Source: an uncultured Acidobacteriota bacterium
GTDB lineage: Bacteria > Acidobacteriota > Terriglobia > Acidiferrales > UBA7541
Direction: 5' to 3'
Assembly (NCBI GenBank): GCA_963819395.1
Contig: CAWFVW010000005.1
Coordinates: 1,461-65,460, forward strand
DNA: 64,000 nt
The position numbers and the translations under genes are program-made. This document shows positions 43,021 to 53,560 of the stretch, piece by piece. Numbering within the stretch: position 1 is the first letter of the stretch; each line of letters opens with the position of its first letter. The notes beneath the pieces are model-generated. The model worked only from the letters and a program-made list of their open reading frames with translations, did no database searches and was not told where the DNA came from.

Positions 43021-43443
43021 GGTGTTCTCCCCGAATTCAAATTTCCACCTGTAGAAAGATTTTTTCGGTGGCGCTGGCGTCCCGCCGGCGAATTTCCTCG
43101 ATCATCCTAGCCCCAAAATCGCCGGCGGGACGCCGGCGCCACAAAGGTGGCGGCTGCCCGAGCACGCTGGAGCATCCCGGACGCAGCCTTTGAGGGTCCT
43201 GATTTACACGGCAAGGATACCGCAACAGCGCTTTCCGGGGAGGACTGTTCTGATTCGCGGACCCTGCGAAGGAAAAATAGTACTAATGGATTTACCATAT
43301 TTGACCGATTTTATTATCGGAATACAGAAAATGCTTGACACCGGTAGCGGATACCTCCATGATGTCGGTCGCGCCAGCTGCTGCCTTCCCCACGTACGAA
43401 GTCCCTCTCATCCGCATGCCGGAATAGTCTGCGAGGAGCACCG

Positions 43444-44121
43444 GTGTCGGAACAAAATAGTACGACAGCAATGAACGGTACTAACGGAAATAAGGTTGCC
43501 GTGGATATCGACCTTGATCGCGAAGTAATCCGTTGCAAGACCTGCGGGCTTGTGCAGTATCGCACCCGCACGGGGAATTGCCGCCGGTGTCTGCGCTTGC
43601 TGCCGCCCAAGGTGGAATTTCTAATTCCTCCTCCCGAGCCGCAGGAGCTTCCAGGCGACGACCGGCAACTCTTCGAGAAATGGCCGAACCGCGAGACGGT
43701 GGAGAATATTGGCCAACGCATCCGGCAGTTGCGCGAATCGCGCGGGATGACGCAAAGCCAACTCCAGGCCCGCTCGCGGGTATCCCGGTCGTACCTGTCG
43801 CGGATCGAAAGCGGACAGATGACTCCAAGCCTCGGAACGCTCGAGAAGATTTCCGAAGCGCTTGGCGTCGGCTTAAACCGCTTCTTCGTTCCGGAAACGA
43901 ATGGCGAAGCGCTCCTGGAAGATCCATTCATCCAGGGGTTGCGGCCGTTCCTTCGGCAGCTCGACTGGGAACAGTGGCAATCGATTCTGAAGCGCCTGGC
44001 CGCGATCAGCGACCACGTCTCCAGCGGCAATGGGATTGTGCGTCCGTTAGCACCGCCCCAGGCTTCTCGAGTGGAACAACTGGCGCGTCGGATGCACCCA
44101 GCTGCGATGGGCCACCGCTAG
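43444..44121 (+). CDS. XRE-family HTH transcriptional regulator with N-terminal zinc ribbon
   Basis: CKTCG...(12)...CRRC zinc ribbon, then the HTH IGQRIRQLRESRGMTQSQLQARSRVSRSYLSRIESGQ. Confidence 0.65.
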   Translation: MSEQNSTTAMNGTNGNKVAVDIDLDREVIRCKTCGLVQYRTRTGNCRRCLRLLPPKVEFLIPPPEPQELPGDDRQLFEKWPNRETVENIGQRIRQLRESRGMTQSQLQARSRVSRSYLSRIESGQMTPSLGTLEKISEALGVGLNRFFVPETNGEALLEDPFIQGLRPFLRQLDWEQWQSILKRLAAISDHVSSGNGIVRPLAPPQASRVEQLARRMHPAAMGHR

Positions 44122-44280
44122 TCGGCTGAACGAGCGTCCCTACTGAACGGCGCGAACTCTTTCATTACGGGGAGTTCGCGCCGTTACGTTTTTTTTGCCT
44201 TTGCAAGAACCATCGCTACGGCGAACGAGCTCGCCTCCGCGCGGAACATCGCTCCGGCGAGTTAACTCGCTTTCGTGAGA

Positions 44281-44832
44281 CTACCCGCTTCCGCCGGCGG
44301 GCGCGCTTCCTCGAATTTCCTCCGCCAGAAGGCCGTAATTTTCCAGATCGACGAATCGCCCCCACTTTTGGATGTGTTGCCGGGAACGTCCCTCATGGCG
44401 CATTCCGATTTTTTCGAGCACCCGCCCGGAAGCCAGGTTCCCGGCAGAATGGTGGGCGTAGATCCTGTTCAGGTGCAGCGTCTCGAAACCGAACGCGACC
44501 GCTGCCGCTGCAGCCTCCGTGGCGTAGCCTCTGCCCCAATACGGCACACCAATCCAGTAGCCGAGTTCCGCGTGCTTGTGCGCTTCCGCGATGTGGAGTC
44601 CTACCGCACCGCAGAGTTCGCACCCGGGCGAGATCGTTATCGCAAATGAGACTGAATGCCCTGCGAGGAAATCTTCGCCGGCCTTGGCAATAAAATTCCG
44701 GGCATCGTCTTCCGCGTAGGGGTGCGGAATCCGCAATGTCGTAGCTGCGATTTCCTTTGCCCCCGCTAGACGGACCATAGATGGGATATCCGCGCTCTCG
44801 AAGGAGCGAAGCAGCAGGCGAGCGGTCCGCAA
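44281..44832 (-). CDS. GNAT-family N-acetyltransferase (RimJ/RimL-like)
   Basis: Acetyl-CoA binding motif region IGVPYWGRGYATEAAAA. Confidence 0.85.
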   Translation of the reverse strand: MRTARLLLRSFESADIPSMVRLAGAKEIAATTLRIPHPYAEDDARNFIAKAGEDFLAGHSVSFAITISPGCELCGAVGLHIAEAHKHAELGYWIGVPYWGRGYATEAAAAAVAFGFETLHLNRIYAHHSAGNLASGRVLEKIGMRHEGRSRQHIQKWGRFVDLENYGLLAEEIRGSAPAGGSG

Positions 44833-44967
44833 TTCCCGAGGAGCGGTAATGAAACCAGTTTACGCGAAACGCATCCTTACGTCAGGAGGCTCGTCGAGAG
44901 GTACCGTCTAGACTTAGCGCGCCGGGTTCATCCAGGTTATACGCACGCCAGCCAATCCGGACTGGGC

Positions 44968-45780
44968 CTACTTTCGCGCCAATGGCTTATAGTCGGAGTA
45001 TTTTACGACCTCGCGAATGTGGACGAAGTTTTTGGGGAAACGCAGGAGTTCATCGGCGCGCGAGTAGGTAGGGAACCAGAATTGTCCTCCAAACTGTTCC
45101 CGGTAGGTCACAAAAGTAGGCGTGAGGTTGACGACGACATTTTTCTTAGGGGAATTGGCGTTTTCGTCTTCCCGGGGTTTGCCGCAGGTTTTTACGACCG
45201 TGAAGTCCTCATTGTCCACCCAAACCCGGCCCTCGAAAAACTTGGTTTCCTTCTTGGGGTTCAGTGGGCGACACGTTAAACACATAGGTATCGAGCTGAT
45301 CCACGTGCTGCCGCCCTGCGTACGAAATTGAGAAGTGCGGCAGTTCCTCCGGCGTGAGCGCAAATGGCAACCGCTGGCGGATGTCGTCCAGATCGTCCTG
45401 TGAAAGGGAAAGTCTGCGCAGCGTGCTTTGGGGAGCGAAGGTCGTGTTTTCCACGCGCTTGCCGATGTCATTCAGCATGATCTCGGAGACCTGCTGATAC
45501 TCGCCGTCCACTCGCCGTAATTGTCCAGGGTCTGCACGGTTATGGTTAATGTATACCCGAAGCGATCCCGCGCCCTTTGAATAAGGCTTCCTTGGCGGAA
45601 AATTTCTGAATGATTTCAGGGGCGGGATTCCCGGGGCTGCGTCGGGTCCAGAGGGCCATTTCCCTGATCGCACACGGATTGCGCAAAGATGCGGTTGGAA
45701 GGCATCACGCAGAGAAGAATGGCGGCGCAGGGGCCGAATGTCAGGCGATTCACGCTGGCCTCCGCGGGACCCGCCAAAAT
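44968..45780 (-). pseudogene. LolA-like / outer-membrane lipoprotein-sorting-fold protein, apparently split by 2 frameshifts
   Basis: The C-terminal segment (KFFEGRVWVDNEDFTVVKTCGKP...FWFPTYSRADELL) and the middle segment (FALTPEELPHFSISYAGRQHVDQLDTYVFNVSP) lie in different frames. A putative signal sequence lies in a third frame. Weak family call. Confidence 0.4.
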
Positions 45781-45998
45781 CGGATTTCTGGTTTGAAACG
45801 AGCGCTGCGGCAATTGTATCTCCAAAATATCCCATTTCGTCAATTTAATTAAAGTAAATGGGGATGGCCCCTGGGCCATAAGCTTTCCAGGCGGCGCAAG
45901 TGGAGCGCCATAAGGTGCTGTGACTTTTCCCTTGCGAGGCGAAGTTTTTTGCGACGTTGAAAGAACCTTGTCTGAGGACGCGGGCTACAAAATGGTTG

Positions 45999-46990
45999 CT
46001 ACGCGAAACGCACTTTCACGTCCGGGCGCTTGTCGAGGGTGACGGTATCGACGAAGCGCACCTGGCGCTCGTCCAGAGTCACGACCAGCGACTGCGTGCG
46101 GATGCCTTCGCCGAAGAACCGGACGCCGCGCAACAGGTTGCCGTCGGTCACGCCGGTGCAGGCGAAAATAATTTTCTTGCCGGGGGCGAGGTCCTCTGTG
46201 CGATAGATGCGTTTGCCGTCCTTGATTCCCATTTTGGCGAGGCGCTCTTCGTGCTCGGGCTTGGAGACCACGAGGCGCGCCTGGATTTCTCCGTTCAGGC
46301 AGCGAAGCGCGGCGGCGGTCAGCACGCCTTCGGGAGCGCCGCCGATGCCCATCACGACGTGGACTCCGGTGCCGATGACCGCGGCGGAAATGCCGGCGGA
46401 GAGGTCTCCGTCGCCGATCAGGCGGATGCGCGCGCCGGCGGCGCGAATGTCCGAAATCAGTTTTTCATGGCGCGGCCGGTCGAGGACAATCACAACCAGA
46501 TCTTCGACGTCGCGATCGAGCCGCTTGGCGACCGCGCCCAGATTGTCGGCGACCGGCGAATCCAGATCGACGGCGCCTTTGCAGGATGGCCCCACGATGA
46601 TTTTTTCCATGTACAAATCGGGCGCGTGAAGCAGTCCGCCCTTTTCGCTCGCGGCGAGCACGGTGATCGAGCCGGGCGCTCCCGTGGCGCACAGGTTCGT
46701 GCCTTCCAGCGGATCGACCGCGATATCCACGGCGGGAAAATTAAATCCGCGGACGTGCTGCGCGGCGCCGATTTTTTCGCCGATGAAAAGCATGGGCGCT
46801 TCGTCGCGCTCGCCCTCGCCGATGACGATGGTGCCGTCCATGGGCACTTCGTCCATCACCTTGCGCATGGCGCGACGGCGGCCTGGTCGGCCATGTGGGC
46901 GTCTCCCCGCCCCATGGTTTTGGCCGATTCAATGGCCGCCTGCTCGACGACGCGCAAAAATTCCAGACTCAGTTCAATTTCCATCTGAAC
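45999..46990 (-). CDS. glpX: fructose-1,6-bisphosphatase class II (GlpX), with a 1-bp frameshift after about codon 40
   Basis: The reverse complement of 46990-46870 encodes [37 protein letters not shown]. It is then out of frame with [34 protein letters not shown]..., and GCGCCATGCGC appears to lack one base. Confidence 0.8.
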
Positions 46991-47210
46991 TCCAGTTCAC
47001 TCGGATTTTTTGGATCTGGCGCGCAATCGAACACGCCCACGCGCGCGGTACGGCCAAGACACAGCCTATCCTAAACCAAGCGGCGCGGCACACCTAGCGG
47101 AACGAGCTTGCGATTGTGTTCAATGATTCTTCGTTCCGAAGTCATAGGGATCGCGTGGGTACTGTGGCAAATTTGGATCGATGGATGAAACTTCACGTGG
47201 GGGAAAAACC

Positions 47211-47239
47211 CCGCACCCTTGAAAGGTGCAAGGGTGCGG
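47211..47239 (-). terminator. terminator hairpin downstream of vapBC-2
   Basis: CCGCACCCTT-gaaaggtgc-AAGGGTGCGG. On the minus strand it is followed by GGTTTTTCCCCC. Confidence 0.45.
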
Positions 47240-47269
47240 CACCGCAAGAGTAGAGCCTTTGTCCTCACG

Positions 47270-47662
47270 TCAGGAGAAGCGGGTGATTCCCGGAATTGGT
47301 CGAATCGAATCAAAACTCAAGATCCGATCGATTCCGTGATTTTCCATTACGGCAAGATGGACTGCATCCCGGGCTGATAAACCTGAGTATCCCAATAAGA
47401 TCTCTTTAGCGCGCTCCACTGCACACCGGTCAATGGGGAAGACTTCGTCGATGACACCCAGCAAAGCATTGAATGCGGGCTGAATGGCGTCGCGCCGCTG
47501 AATTGCAGCGTAGCGATGCAAAATTTCTTGCAGGACCTCGGCATCGGTGACAAGGCGTTGCCGCTCGCTTACGAATTTTTCAAGCAATCGTTGTGCGTCG
47601 GTCTTATGAATATGAGGGGCGCCCACGAGGTACATGGGGATATTCGAGTCGACCAGAATCAC
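47270..47662 (-). CDS. vapC: PIN-domain toxin VapC (second copy)
   Basis: [14 protein letters not shown]... (PIN fold), 130 aa. 4-bp overlap with the upstream antitoxin. Confidence 0.85.
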   Translation of the reverse strand: MILVDSNIPMYLVGAPHIHKTDAQRLLEKFVSERQRLVTDAEVLQEILHRYAAIQRRDAIQPAFNALLGVIDEVFPIDRCAVERAKEILLGYSGLSARDAVHLAVMENHGIDRILSFDSIRPIPGITRFS

Positions 47663-47916
47663 GGTTTCGGGCCCGCGCTATATCCGCGTTCAATGTCCGC
47701 CAGCATTTGATCAATGTCCCCTGTCGGAAATTCGAATCGCGCCGCCTCGCGGACAGCTTCCATTTTTTTTTCCACGCTGCCGGAAGGCTCGCTACGGCGA
47801 GCAAGGCTAAGAGCCTGCCGGACCCATTCGGCAACCGAAATGTTGCGTGCGTGGGCCGCTTGTTGAATCTCTTGGTATTCAGGGTCCTTCAGAAGAACCT
47901 GTAGTCGCTTACCCAT
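47659..47916 (-). CDS. vapB: ribbon-helix-helix antitoxin VapB-like
   Basis: 85 aa. [36 protein letters not shown] is an RHH motif. Confidence 0.7.
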   Translation of the reverse strand: MGKRLQVLLKDPEYQEIQQAAHARNISVAEWVRQALSLARRSEPSGSVEKKMEAVREAARFEFPTGDIDQMLADIERGYSAGPKP

Positions 47917-48167
47917 TGATGATTTTATCTCACTCCCTTATGAGCCAATACTAGGCTAGTTGCCCGTAATAGCCATTCATTGAGGCCGTAGCTTAAGCAG
48001 AATTCCGCCACCTGCCACGGGCCTTGCCAGATCGGCACGTCGCCACAGTTAGGATATATTTAGGCAAGACAAAGGAAGAAATAATCATGATCGATATCTT
48101 GGTGGGCGCTCCGATTGAGCAGTGCAAGGGTTCAAAGTGTGAACTTATATCGGAAGGTGTGCTTGAT

Positions 48168-49154
48168 ATGAAGATCACGATTCTGGACGATTACTTCGAT
48201 ACCCTGCGAACCCTGCCATGCTTCCAGAAATTAGAGGGCCATGACGTGAAAATCTGGAACGACCATGTGCAGGATGTGGACAGCTGGCCGAGCGGCTGAA
48301 GGATACCGAAGGATTGGTGCTGATCCGGGAGCGGACGAAGATTCAGGCTCCCTTGCTCGAGCGCCTGAACAAGTTGAAACTCATCAGCCAGCGCAGCGTT
48401 TATCCGCACATTGACATCGAGGCTTGCACCCGGCTTGGCGTGATTGTTTCTTCCAGCCAGCATGCCGGGACGCCCTGCTATGCTGCGGCGGAATTGACCT
48501 GGGGGCTGATTCTTGCCGCCATGCGGCAGATCCCGCAACAGATGGCCTCGCTGAAGGCTGGAAACTGGCAAATCGGAGTCGGCGACACTCTGCGCGGCAA
48601 AACACTCGGGATATTTTGGCTATGGCCGCATTGGGAGCGAAGTCGCGGATTACGGCAAGGCATTCGGGATGAAGGTGCTGGTGTGGTCCAACGAAGCCTC
48701 GAGGGAGCGAGCGAGGGCGGAGGGCTACGAGACAGCCCGCAGCAAAGAGGCGTTTTTCGAAAATTGTGATGTGATCTCGCTGCACCTGCGATTGTACAAC
48801 GCCACGCGCGGGATCGTGACCGCGGCGGACCTGGCACGAATGAAGCCGACGGCACTAATCGTGAATACCAGCCGCGCGCCGCTAATTGAACCGGGGGCAC
48901 TTGTGAGCGCGTTACAGGCGGGCCGCCCCGGGATGGCGGCGGTCGATGTCTACGAAGAGGAGCCGCTCGTGGACACGAGCCATCCACTGCTCGGCATGAA
49001 AAACGTCGTGTGCACTCCTCACATCGGTTACGTCACCCGGGATGAGTACGAAGTTCAGTTCGCCGAAATCTTCGACCAAATTCTGGCTTACTGCGCCGGC
49101 ACGCCGATCAACGTGGTGAATCCCGCAGTGCTGGATTCTTTGCGGCCTCATTAG
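48168..49154 (+). pseudogene. D-isomer-specific 2-hydroxyacid dehydrogenase with two single-base frameshifts
   Basis: [14 protein letters not shown]...VQDVD, then a -1 shift at about 48290 into [18 protein letters not shown]..., then an extra T in TTTT at 48612-48615 disrupting [13 protein letters not shown] (NAD-binding GxGxxG). Continues in frame as 48669-49154 with the catalytic region. Confidence 0.7.
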
Positions 49155-49247
49155 CTGTCATAAAATCGCCGAATTCTTGACGGAGAGCGCAGGGACTAGA
49201 TCTTACTCTCGTAATGAAAGCGACATTCAACCGGAGGAGTTCCGAAA

Positions 49248-49754
49248 ATGGAAATCAGAAGAATTGGTTCGCAGCCATCCGCTAAGGGCCCGTCCGAGTG
49301 GTTCACCGGCACTGTGCGTATCGACCCGCTTTTTCAGGCGCCCGACCCGGCATTTGTTCAAGGCGCAAGCGTCACCTTTGAGCCGGGCGCGCGGACGGCA
49401 TGGCACACGCATCCGCTCGGTCAGACCTTGATCGTAACGGCCGGTTGCGGCCGGGCGCAGCGCTGGGGCGGGCCGGTCGAGGAAATTCGGCCGGGTGATG
49501 TGGTCTGGTTCGCGCCCGGCGAGAAGCACTGGCACGGGGCCGCGCCGACCACGGCCATGACGCACATCGCCATTCAAGAGAAGAAAGACGGCAAGGTCGT
49601 CGACTGGATGGAGAAAGTCAGCGACGAGCAAAATCAGACAGGGCGCCGCGTGAGGAAACACCGGCGAAGGGTCGTCCAGCCATCCCAGGGAGCGCTGCGC
49701 GCCGCCCGAGGCAAAAGAAATCTCCTCTTGACATGCAAGTATTTACTTGCATAA
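49248..49754 (+). CDS. cupin-domain protein
   Basis: Cupin_2 motif region ([24 protein letters not shown]...[12 protein letters not shown]). The Arg-rich C-terminal 40 aa tail looks like read-through or a late frameshift. Confidence 0.55.
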   Translation: MEIRRIGSQPSAKGPSEWFTGTVRIDPLFQAPDPAFVQGASVTFEPGARTAWHTHPLGQTLIVTAGCGRAQRWGGPVEEIRPGDVVWFAPGEKHWHGAAPTTAMTHIAIQEKKDGKVVDWMEKVSDEQNQTGRRVRKHRRRVVQPSQGALRAARGKRNLLLTCKYLLA

Positions 49755-49763
49755 ACTTCCCGC

Positions 49764-50135
49764 ATGGACTCGGCCAATACGCGCGTGTCTCCCCGCGAGG
49801 GTGGCGCTGCCAAGGCGATCGACAAAGTTTTCAAAGCCCTGGCCGATCCGAGCCGTAGGGAACTGCTCGACCGCCTGCACGCGAGGAGCGGGCAGACGCT
49901 GACCGAGCTTTGCAGTGGGCTGGACATGTCCCGGCAGGCGGTCACGCAGCATCTTGATTTGCTCGAAGGAGCCAATCTCGTGGCCGTCGAATGGCAGGGA
50001 CGCGAAAAGCTTCATTTCTTCAACCCGGTTCCCATTCACCAAATCTACGAGCGCTGGATCAGGAAGTTTGAGCGCGGCGCTTGCGGGCATTGCACGATTT
50101 CAAAAACAAACTGGAAGGGAAGAAATCATGAGTGA
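49764..50135 (+). CDS. ArsR/SmtB-family transcriptional regulator
   Basis: ALADPSRRELLDRLHARSGQTLTELCSGLDMSRQAVTQHLDLLEGANLV is the ArsR-type winged HTH. Confidence 0.8.
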   Translation: MDSANTRVSPREGGAAKAIDKVFKALADPSRRELLDRLHARSGQTLTELCSGLDMSRQAVTQHLDLLEGANLVAVEWQGREKLHFFNPVPIHQIYERWIRKFERGACGHCTISKTNWKGRNHE

Positions 50136-50560
50136 TGAAAAATTCGTTTACGTCATCTACATTGCCGCGACGCAGGAGAAAGTATGGAAGGCCTGCTTGA
50201 TGGAGAAATGACGCGGCAATGGCTGGGGACGGGAGAACGTGACAGATTGGGAAGCCCGGCTCGAAATGGGAGCAACGCGGTGTGACGAGCGCCGGTGTCG
50301 AAGGGGTCGTCGATCAGAGGGCGAGCCGCTCCGGGCTGTGCTGACTGGGCCGAACCGGCGGATGGCGCGGACAGATCCAGGCACACGCGGGTCGCGATTG
50401 ACGTCGAGAAGGTCGATGACATGGTTCGCCTGACCGTCACGCACGACGAGTTCAAGCACGGAACGGTCATAGTCCGTAGATTTCCAAGGAGGCCACGCGA
50501 ACTCAGCCGAAGACTGGAAACTCGACGCCATGCGAAGACCTCTGCGGACTTCGGTAGTTC
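50129..50560 (+). pseudogene. SRPBCC / AHSA1-like protein downstream of ArsR, broken by 2-3 frameshifts
   Basis: FVYVIYIAATQEKVWKA... in frame 1, NVTDWEARLEMG in another frame, WAEPADGADRSRHTRVAIDVEKVDDMVRLTVTHDEF in a third. Confidence 0.45.
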
Positions 50561-50703
50561 AAGTGTTCACTTTGAAATAGAATGGCGCCACCTCAAACTT
50601 GCTGGACAAGTTGAATAAGTTCTAGCCGGAATTTCTCTCGAGTTGATAACCGAAAGCTTTTTTTCCTGCTGGAGGGAAGCGAACGTACCCTTGGGAATGT
50701 TTT

Positions 50704-50780
50704 GAGTGGAACGGGCTTGAGCCTGTGGGGTTTGGGCCATTTCGCTCTAAACCTTACAGGCTGGAGACCTGTTCACTGGG
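50704..50780. repeat. diverged P1-family hairpin element
   Basis: GAGTGGAACGGGCTTGAGCCTGTGGGGTTTGG...CTAAACCTTACAGGCTGGAGACCTGTTCACTGG. Confidence 0.45.
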
Positions 50781-50799
50781 ACCTGCTAATACGGGACCG

Positions 50800-52089
50800 T
50801 CATGGCAGCGGCTGAATGACCGTGTTCACGAGATTCGGGTCATCAAACGAGGTCTGGTCGCCGGCCTTGGCGCCCGCGACCGGGAGAAGTCGCGCGCTGA
50901 GCGGCTTCGATAATTTCGCGGATAGAGTGGCGACATCGCCGATGATGCGCTCAAGTTGCTGCACGGTGACGTCTCCGGGCAAAGGAATCGTGTCGAGTCC
51001 GGTGCCGCACACAGCGGAATACGCAAGAATCTGATCCATCGTCAGCGCGCCCTCGCCCCAGAGTTGGGCAAGGCGCGTATCTTCCATCACCGGCATCATC
51101 ACGCCGTTGTACCCCACTTTTTTCACGGAGATATCGCGCAAAGCGGACGTGATGGCGCCCACCGCGGTCAGCGTTCCGCTCGTGCCGAATCGGCCGCCGG
51201 TAAATCCCGCGGTCGCCGATCCGATCGAGGCATATTTCATCGGCGCGGGAGAAAGATCGATGCCCATGTACGACCACCCAGTCTCCAAATCGATCTTGCT
51301 TGCGATGTCTTCCAAAGCGAACGCGTGCATGCCGAGTTCAGAAACCAACGCCTGGCGTGTCGCTTCCGGGTCGCGCTGCACGGACATCACGCCGGCGACC
51401 ACGTTCGCAGATTCGAGAGCGATCGCGAATTGGTGTCCCAGGCCCTGGTGATACGAAGCGGGATAAAACGGCGTGTAGGCCTGCACGTTGGCAATCGCGG
51501 CAAAGCGAAAATTTCCCAGGCCTTTGTCGCCGTGATCCTCGAGATATTTCATGATTTCGGCCGCCGCATGTGCAGATTTCCAATGAACGCCGTCGCTTCC
51601 GGCCACAACCACGCTCCCGTAAAGATTGCTGGCCTGCCCCAAAATTTCCTCGAGAAGCTCGGCTTGCGCGGGATCATCTTTGTCGGTCATCAGGGCGGGG
51701 CCAATGCTGATGGAGACGCTTTCTTGTTTCGCGAGGGCGTCCAGATCATGAAAAAACGAAAGCGCCGCCTGCTTTGACATGCCCTTTGTATATTCCGTAA
51801 AAGGCTGCGTGGTGATGCGGAGGGTTTGCACTTCGTAGCCTGCCAGCCCGAAGCGGGACTTGGCGTTGCGCAGCATCGTCAAAGTGTCCGCAACCTGCTG
51901 CGCGTACTGCCCGGGATCCAGTCGAATGAATGCGGTGACGGTGCGGATTTTGGGTTTTCCCTGGGCTGATGCGGGTCCGACTACCGCCGCAAGCAGAAAC
52001 GCTGCCAGGAAAATGGCGTGCCAGAGGTACGGAAGGACATGCGCGGAGCTGCCGCTGTTGCGAAACATCAGGTCCTCCTCAAAACTCAA
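50800..52089 (-). CDS. DUF711/UPF0210-family protein with N-terminal signal/TM
   Basis: 429 aa. KIRTVTAFIRL and the overall Gly-rich pattern resemble the UPF0210 family. Overlaps the upstream acyl-CoA dehydrogenase stop. Confidence 0.55.
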   Translation of the reverse strand: MSFEEDLMFRNSGSSAHVLPYLWHAIFLAAFLLAAVVGPASAQGKPKIRTVTAFIRLDPGQYAQQVADTLTMLRNAKSRFGLAGYEVQTLRITTQPFTEYTKGMSKQAALSFFHDLDALAKQESVSISIGPALMTDKDDPAQAELLEEILGQASNLYGSVVVAGSDGVHWKSAHAAAEIMKYLEDHGDKGLGNFRFAAIANVQAYTPFYPASYHQGLGHQFAIALESANVVAGVMSVQRDPEATRQALVSELGMHAFALEDIASKIDLETGWSYMGIDLSPAPMKYASIGSATAGFTGGRFGTSGTLTAVGAITSALRDISVKKVGYNGVMMPVMEDTRLAQLWGEGALTMDQILAYSAVCGTGLDTIPLPGDVTVQQLERIIGDVATLSAKLSKPLSARLLPVAGAKAGDQTSFDDPNLVNTVIQPLP

Positions 52090-53261
52090 AAGTAAGCCGG
52101 AATGCCGGTAATGCGTTCGCCGATCACCAGGCGATGAATGTCATGCGTGCCTTCGTAGGTGTAGACCGATTCGAGATTGTTCATGTGGCGCATGATGCAG
52201 TAATCGTCGACGATGCCGTTCGCGCCCAGAATGTCGCGCGCCTTGCGGGCCGTTTCCATGGCCATCCACACGTTGTTCATTTTCAGCATGGAGATGTGCG
52301 CCGGGTCCACCTTGTTCTGATCTTTTCGCCGGCCGATATGCAGCGCCAAAAGCTGCGCCTTTGAAATTTCCGTGATCATGAAGACGAGCTTGTCCTGCAC
52401 GAGCTGGTGCGACGCGATGGGCTTGTTCTGAAATTGCTTGCGCGTCTTCGCGTACTGCAACGCCGTGTCATAGCAGGCCATCGCCGCGCCGATCGCTCCC
52501 CAGCCGATGCCGTAGCGCGCCTGCGTCAGGCAACTGAGCGGGCCCTTTAAGCCGGCCACGCCTGGCAGCACATTTTCCGCGGGGATCTCGCAATCGTTCA
52601 TCGCCAGGCCCGAAGTGATGGAGGCGCGCAGCGAAAGTTTGCCGTGCACGTCCCAGGCTTTGAAACCTTTCGTTCCCTTATCCACGAGGAAGCCGCGAAT
52701 CTTTTCGTCTTCGCACTTTGCCCAGATGAGGGCCAAGTCGGCGATCGACCCGTTGGTGATCCACATTTTTTCGCCGTTCAGCACGTAGCGATCGCCGCTC
52801 TTCACGGCCCGCGTCAGCATGCCGCTGGGATTGGACCCGAATTGCGGCTCCGTAAGCCCGAAGGCCCCTACCGCTTTTCCGCTTTGCAGCAGCGGCAGCC
52901 ACTTGTCTTTTTGCTCGGGCGAACCGAACGAGAAGATGGGATACATCACGAGCGCGCTCTGCACGGAAACGAAGCTGCGCAGGCCGGAGTCGCCGCGTTC
53001 GAGTTCCTGCGTCACGAGGCCATAGGCAACGTTGGACATTCCCGCGCAGCCATACCCTTCGAGGTTCGCGCCAAAAAATCCCAGCTCCCCCAATTTCGGC
53101 ACGAGGTGCAGCGGGAAGGTCGCCTCCCGATTGTGTTTTTCAATGATCGGGATGACATGCTCATCTACAAACTGACGCGCCGTCTTTCGCGCCAGCAACT
53201 CTTCATCATTGAGCAGGGAATCAAAGTCCAGGTAATCGACACCGGGAAACGCGGGCATCAA
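52086..53261 (-). CDS. gcdH: glutaryl-CoA dehydrogenase (acyl-CoA dehydrogenase family)
   Basis: 391 aa. GYGCAGMSNVAYGLVTQELERGDSG...GAFGLTEPQFGSNPSGM...YEGTHDIHRLVIGERITGIPAF is collinear with GCDH. Confidence 0.85.
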   Translation of the reverse strand: MMPAFPGVDYLDFDSLLNDEELLARKTARQFVDEHVIPIIEKHNREATFPLHLVPKLGELGFFGANLEGYGCAGMSNVAYGLVTQELERGDSGLRSFVSVQSALVMYPIFSFGSPEQKDKWLPLLQSGKAVGAFGLTEPQFGSNPSGMLTRAVKSGDRYVLNGEKMWITNGSIADLALIWAKCEDEKIRGFLVDKGTKGFKAWDVHGKLSLRASITSGLAMNDCEIPAENVLPGVAGLKGPLSCLTQARYGIGWGAIGAAMACYDTALQYAKTRKQFQNKPIASHQLVQDKLVFMITEISKAQLLALHIGRRKDQNKVDPAHISMLKMNNVWMAMETARKARDILGANGIVDDYCIMRHMNNLESVYTYEGTHDIHRLVIGERITGIPAYF

Positions 53262-53560
53262 AAACTCCTTGTCGTGTTTCGCACGAAAATAACGAACCGA
53301 AGAGCGAGGTCGATTTCAATGGAAATGGCTGAGTCAGACACGCGCCTCATTTTAGCGTTCCACTTCCGCGCCAGCAACTCCGTACAGATCATTCTTCAAA
53401 TCGTCCTGCTTGGCTCGCGGCTTGGATGATAGCAGGTCGGACAACCTAAACGAACGTCCTATGGACGGGCTTCGATTCCCGCAAGTCCAATGGTTATTCC
53501 GGCGGGAAGGCCGACCGAACCTGGCGCCGGGATCTTCAGCGAAAGGATTTCCATAAGCGC

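Noticed and set aside
45957-46988. 343-aa plus ORF opposite glpX
   Set aside because: Antisense artefact.
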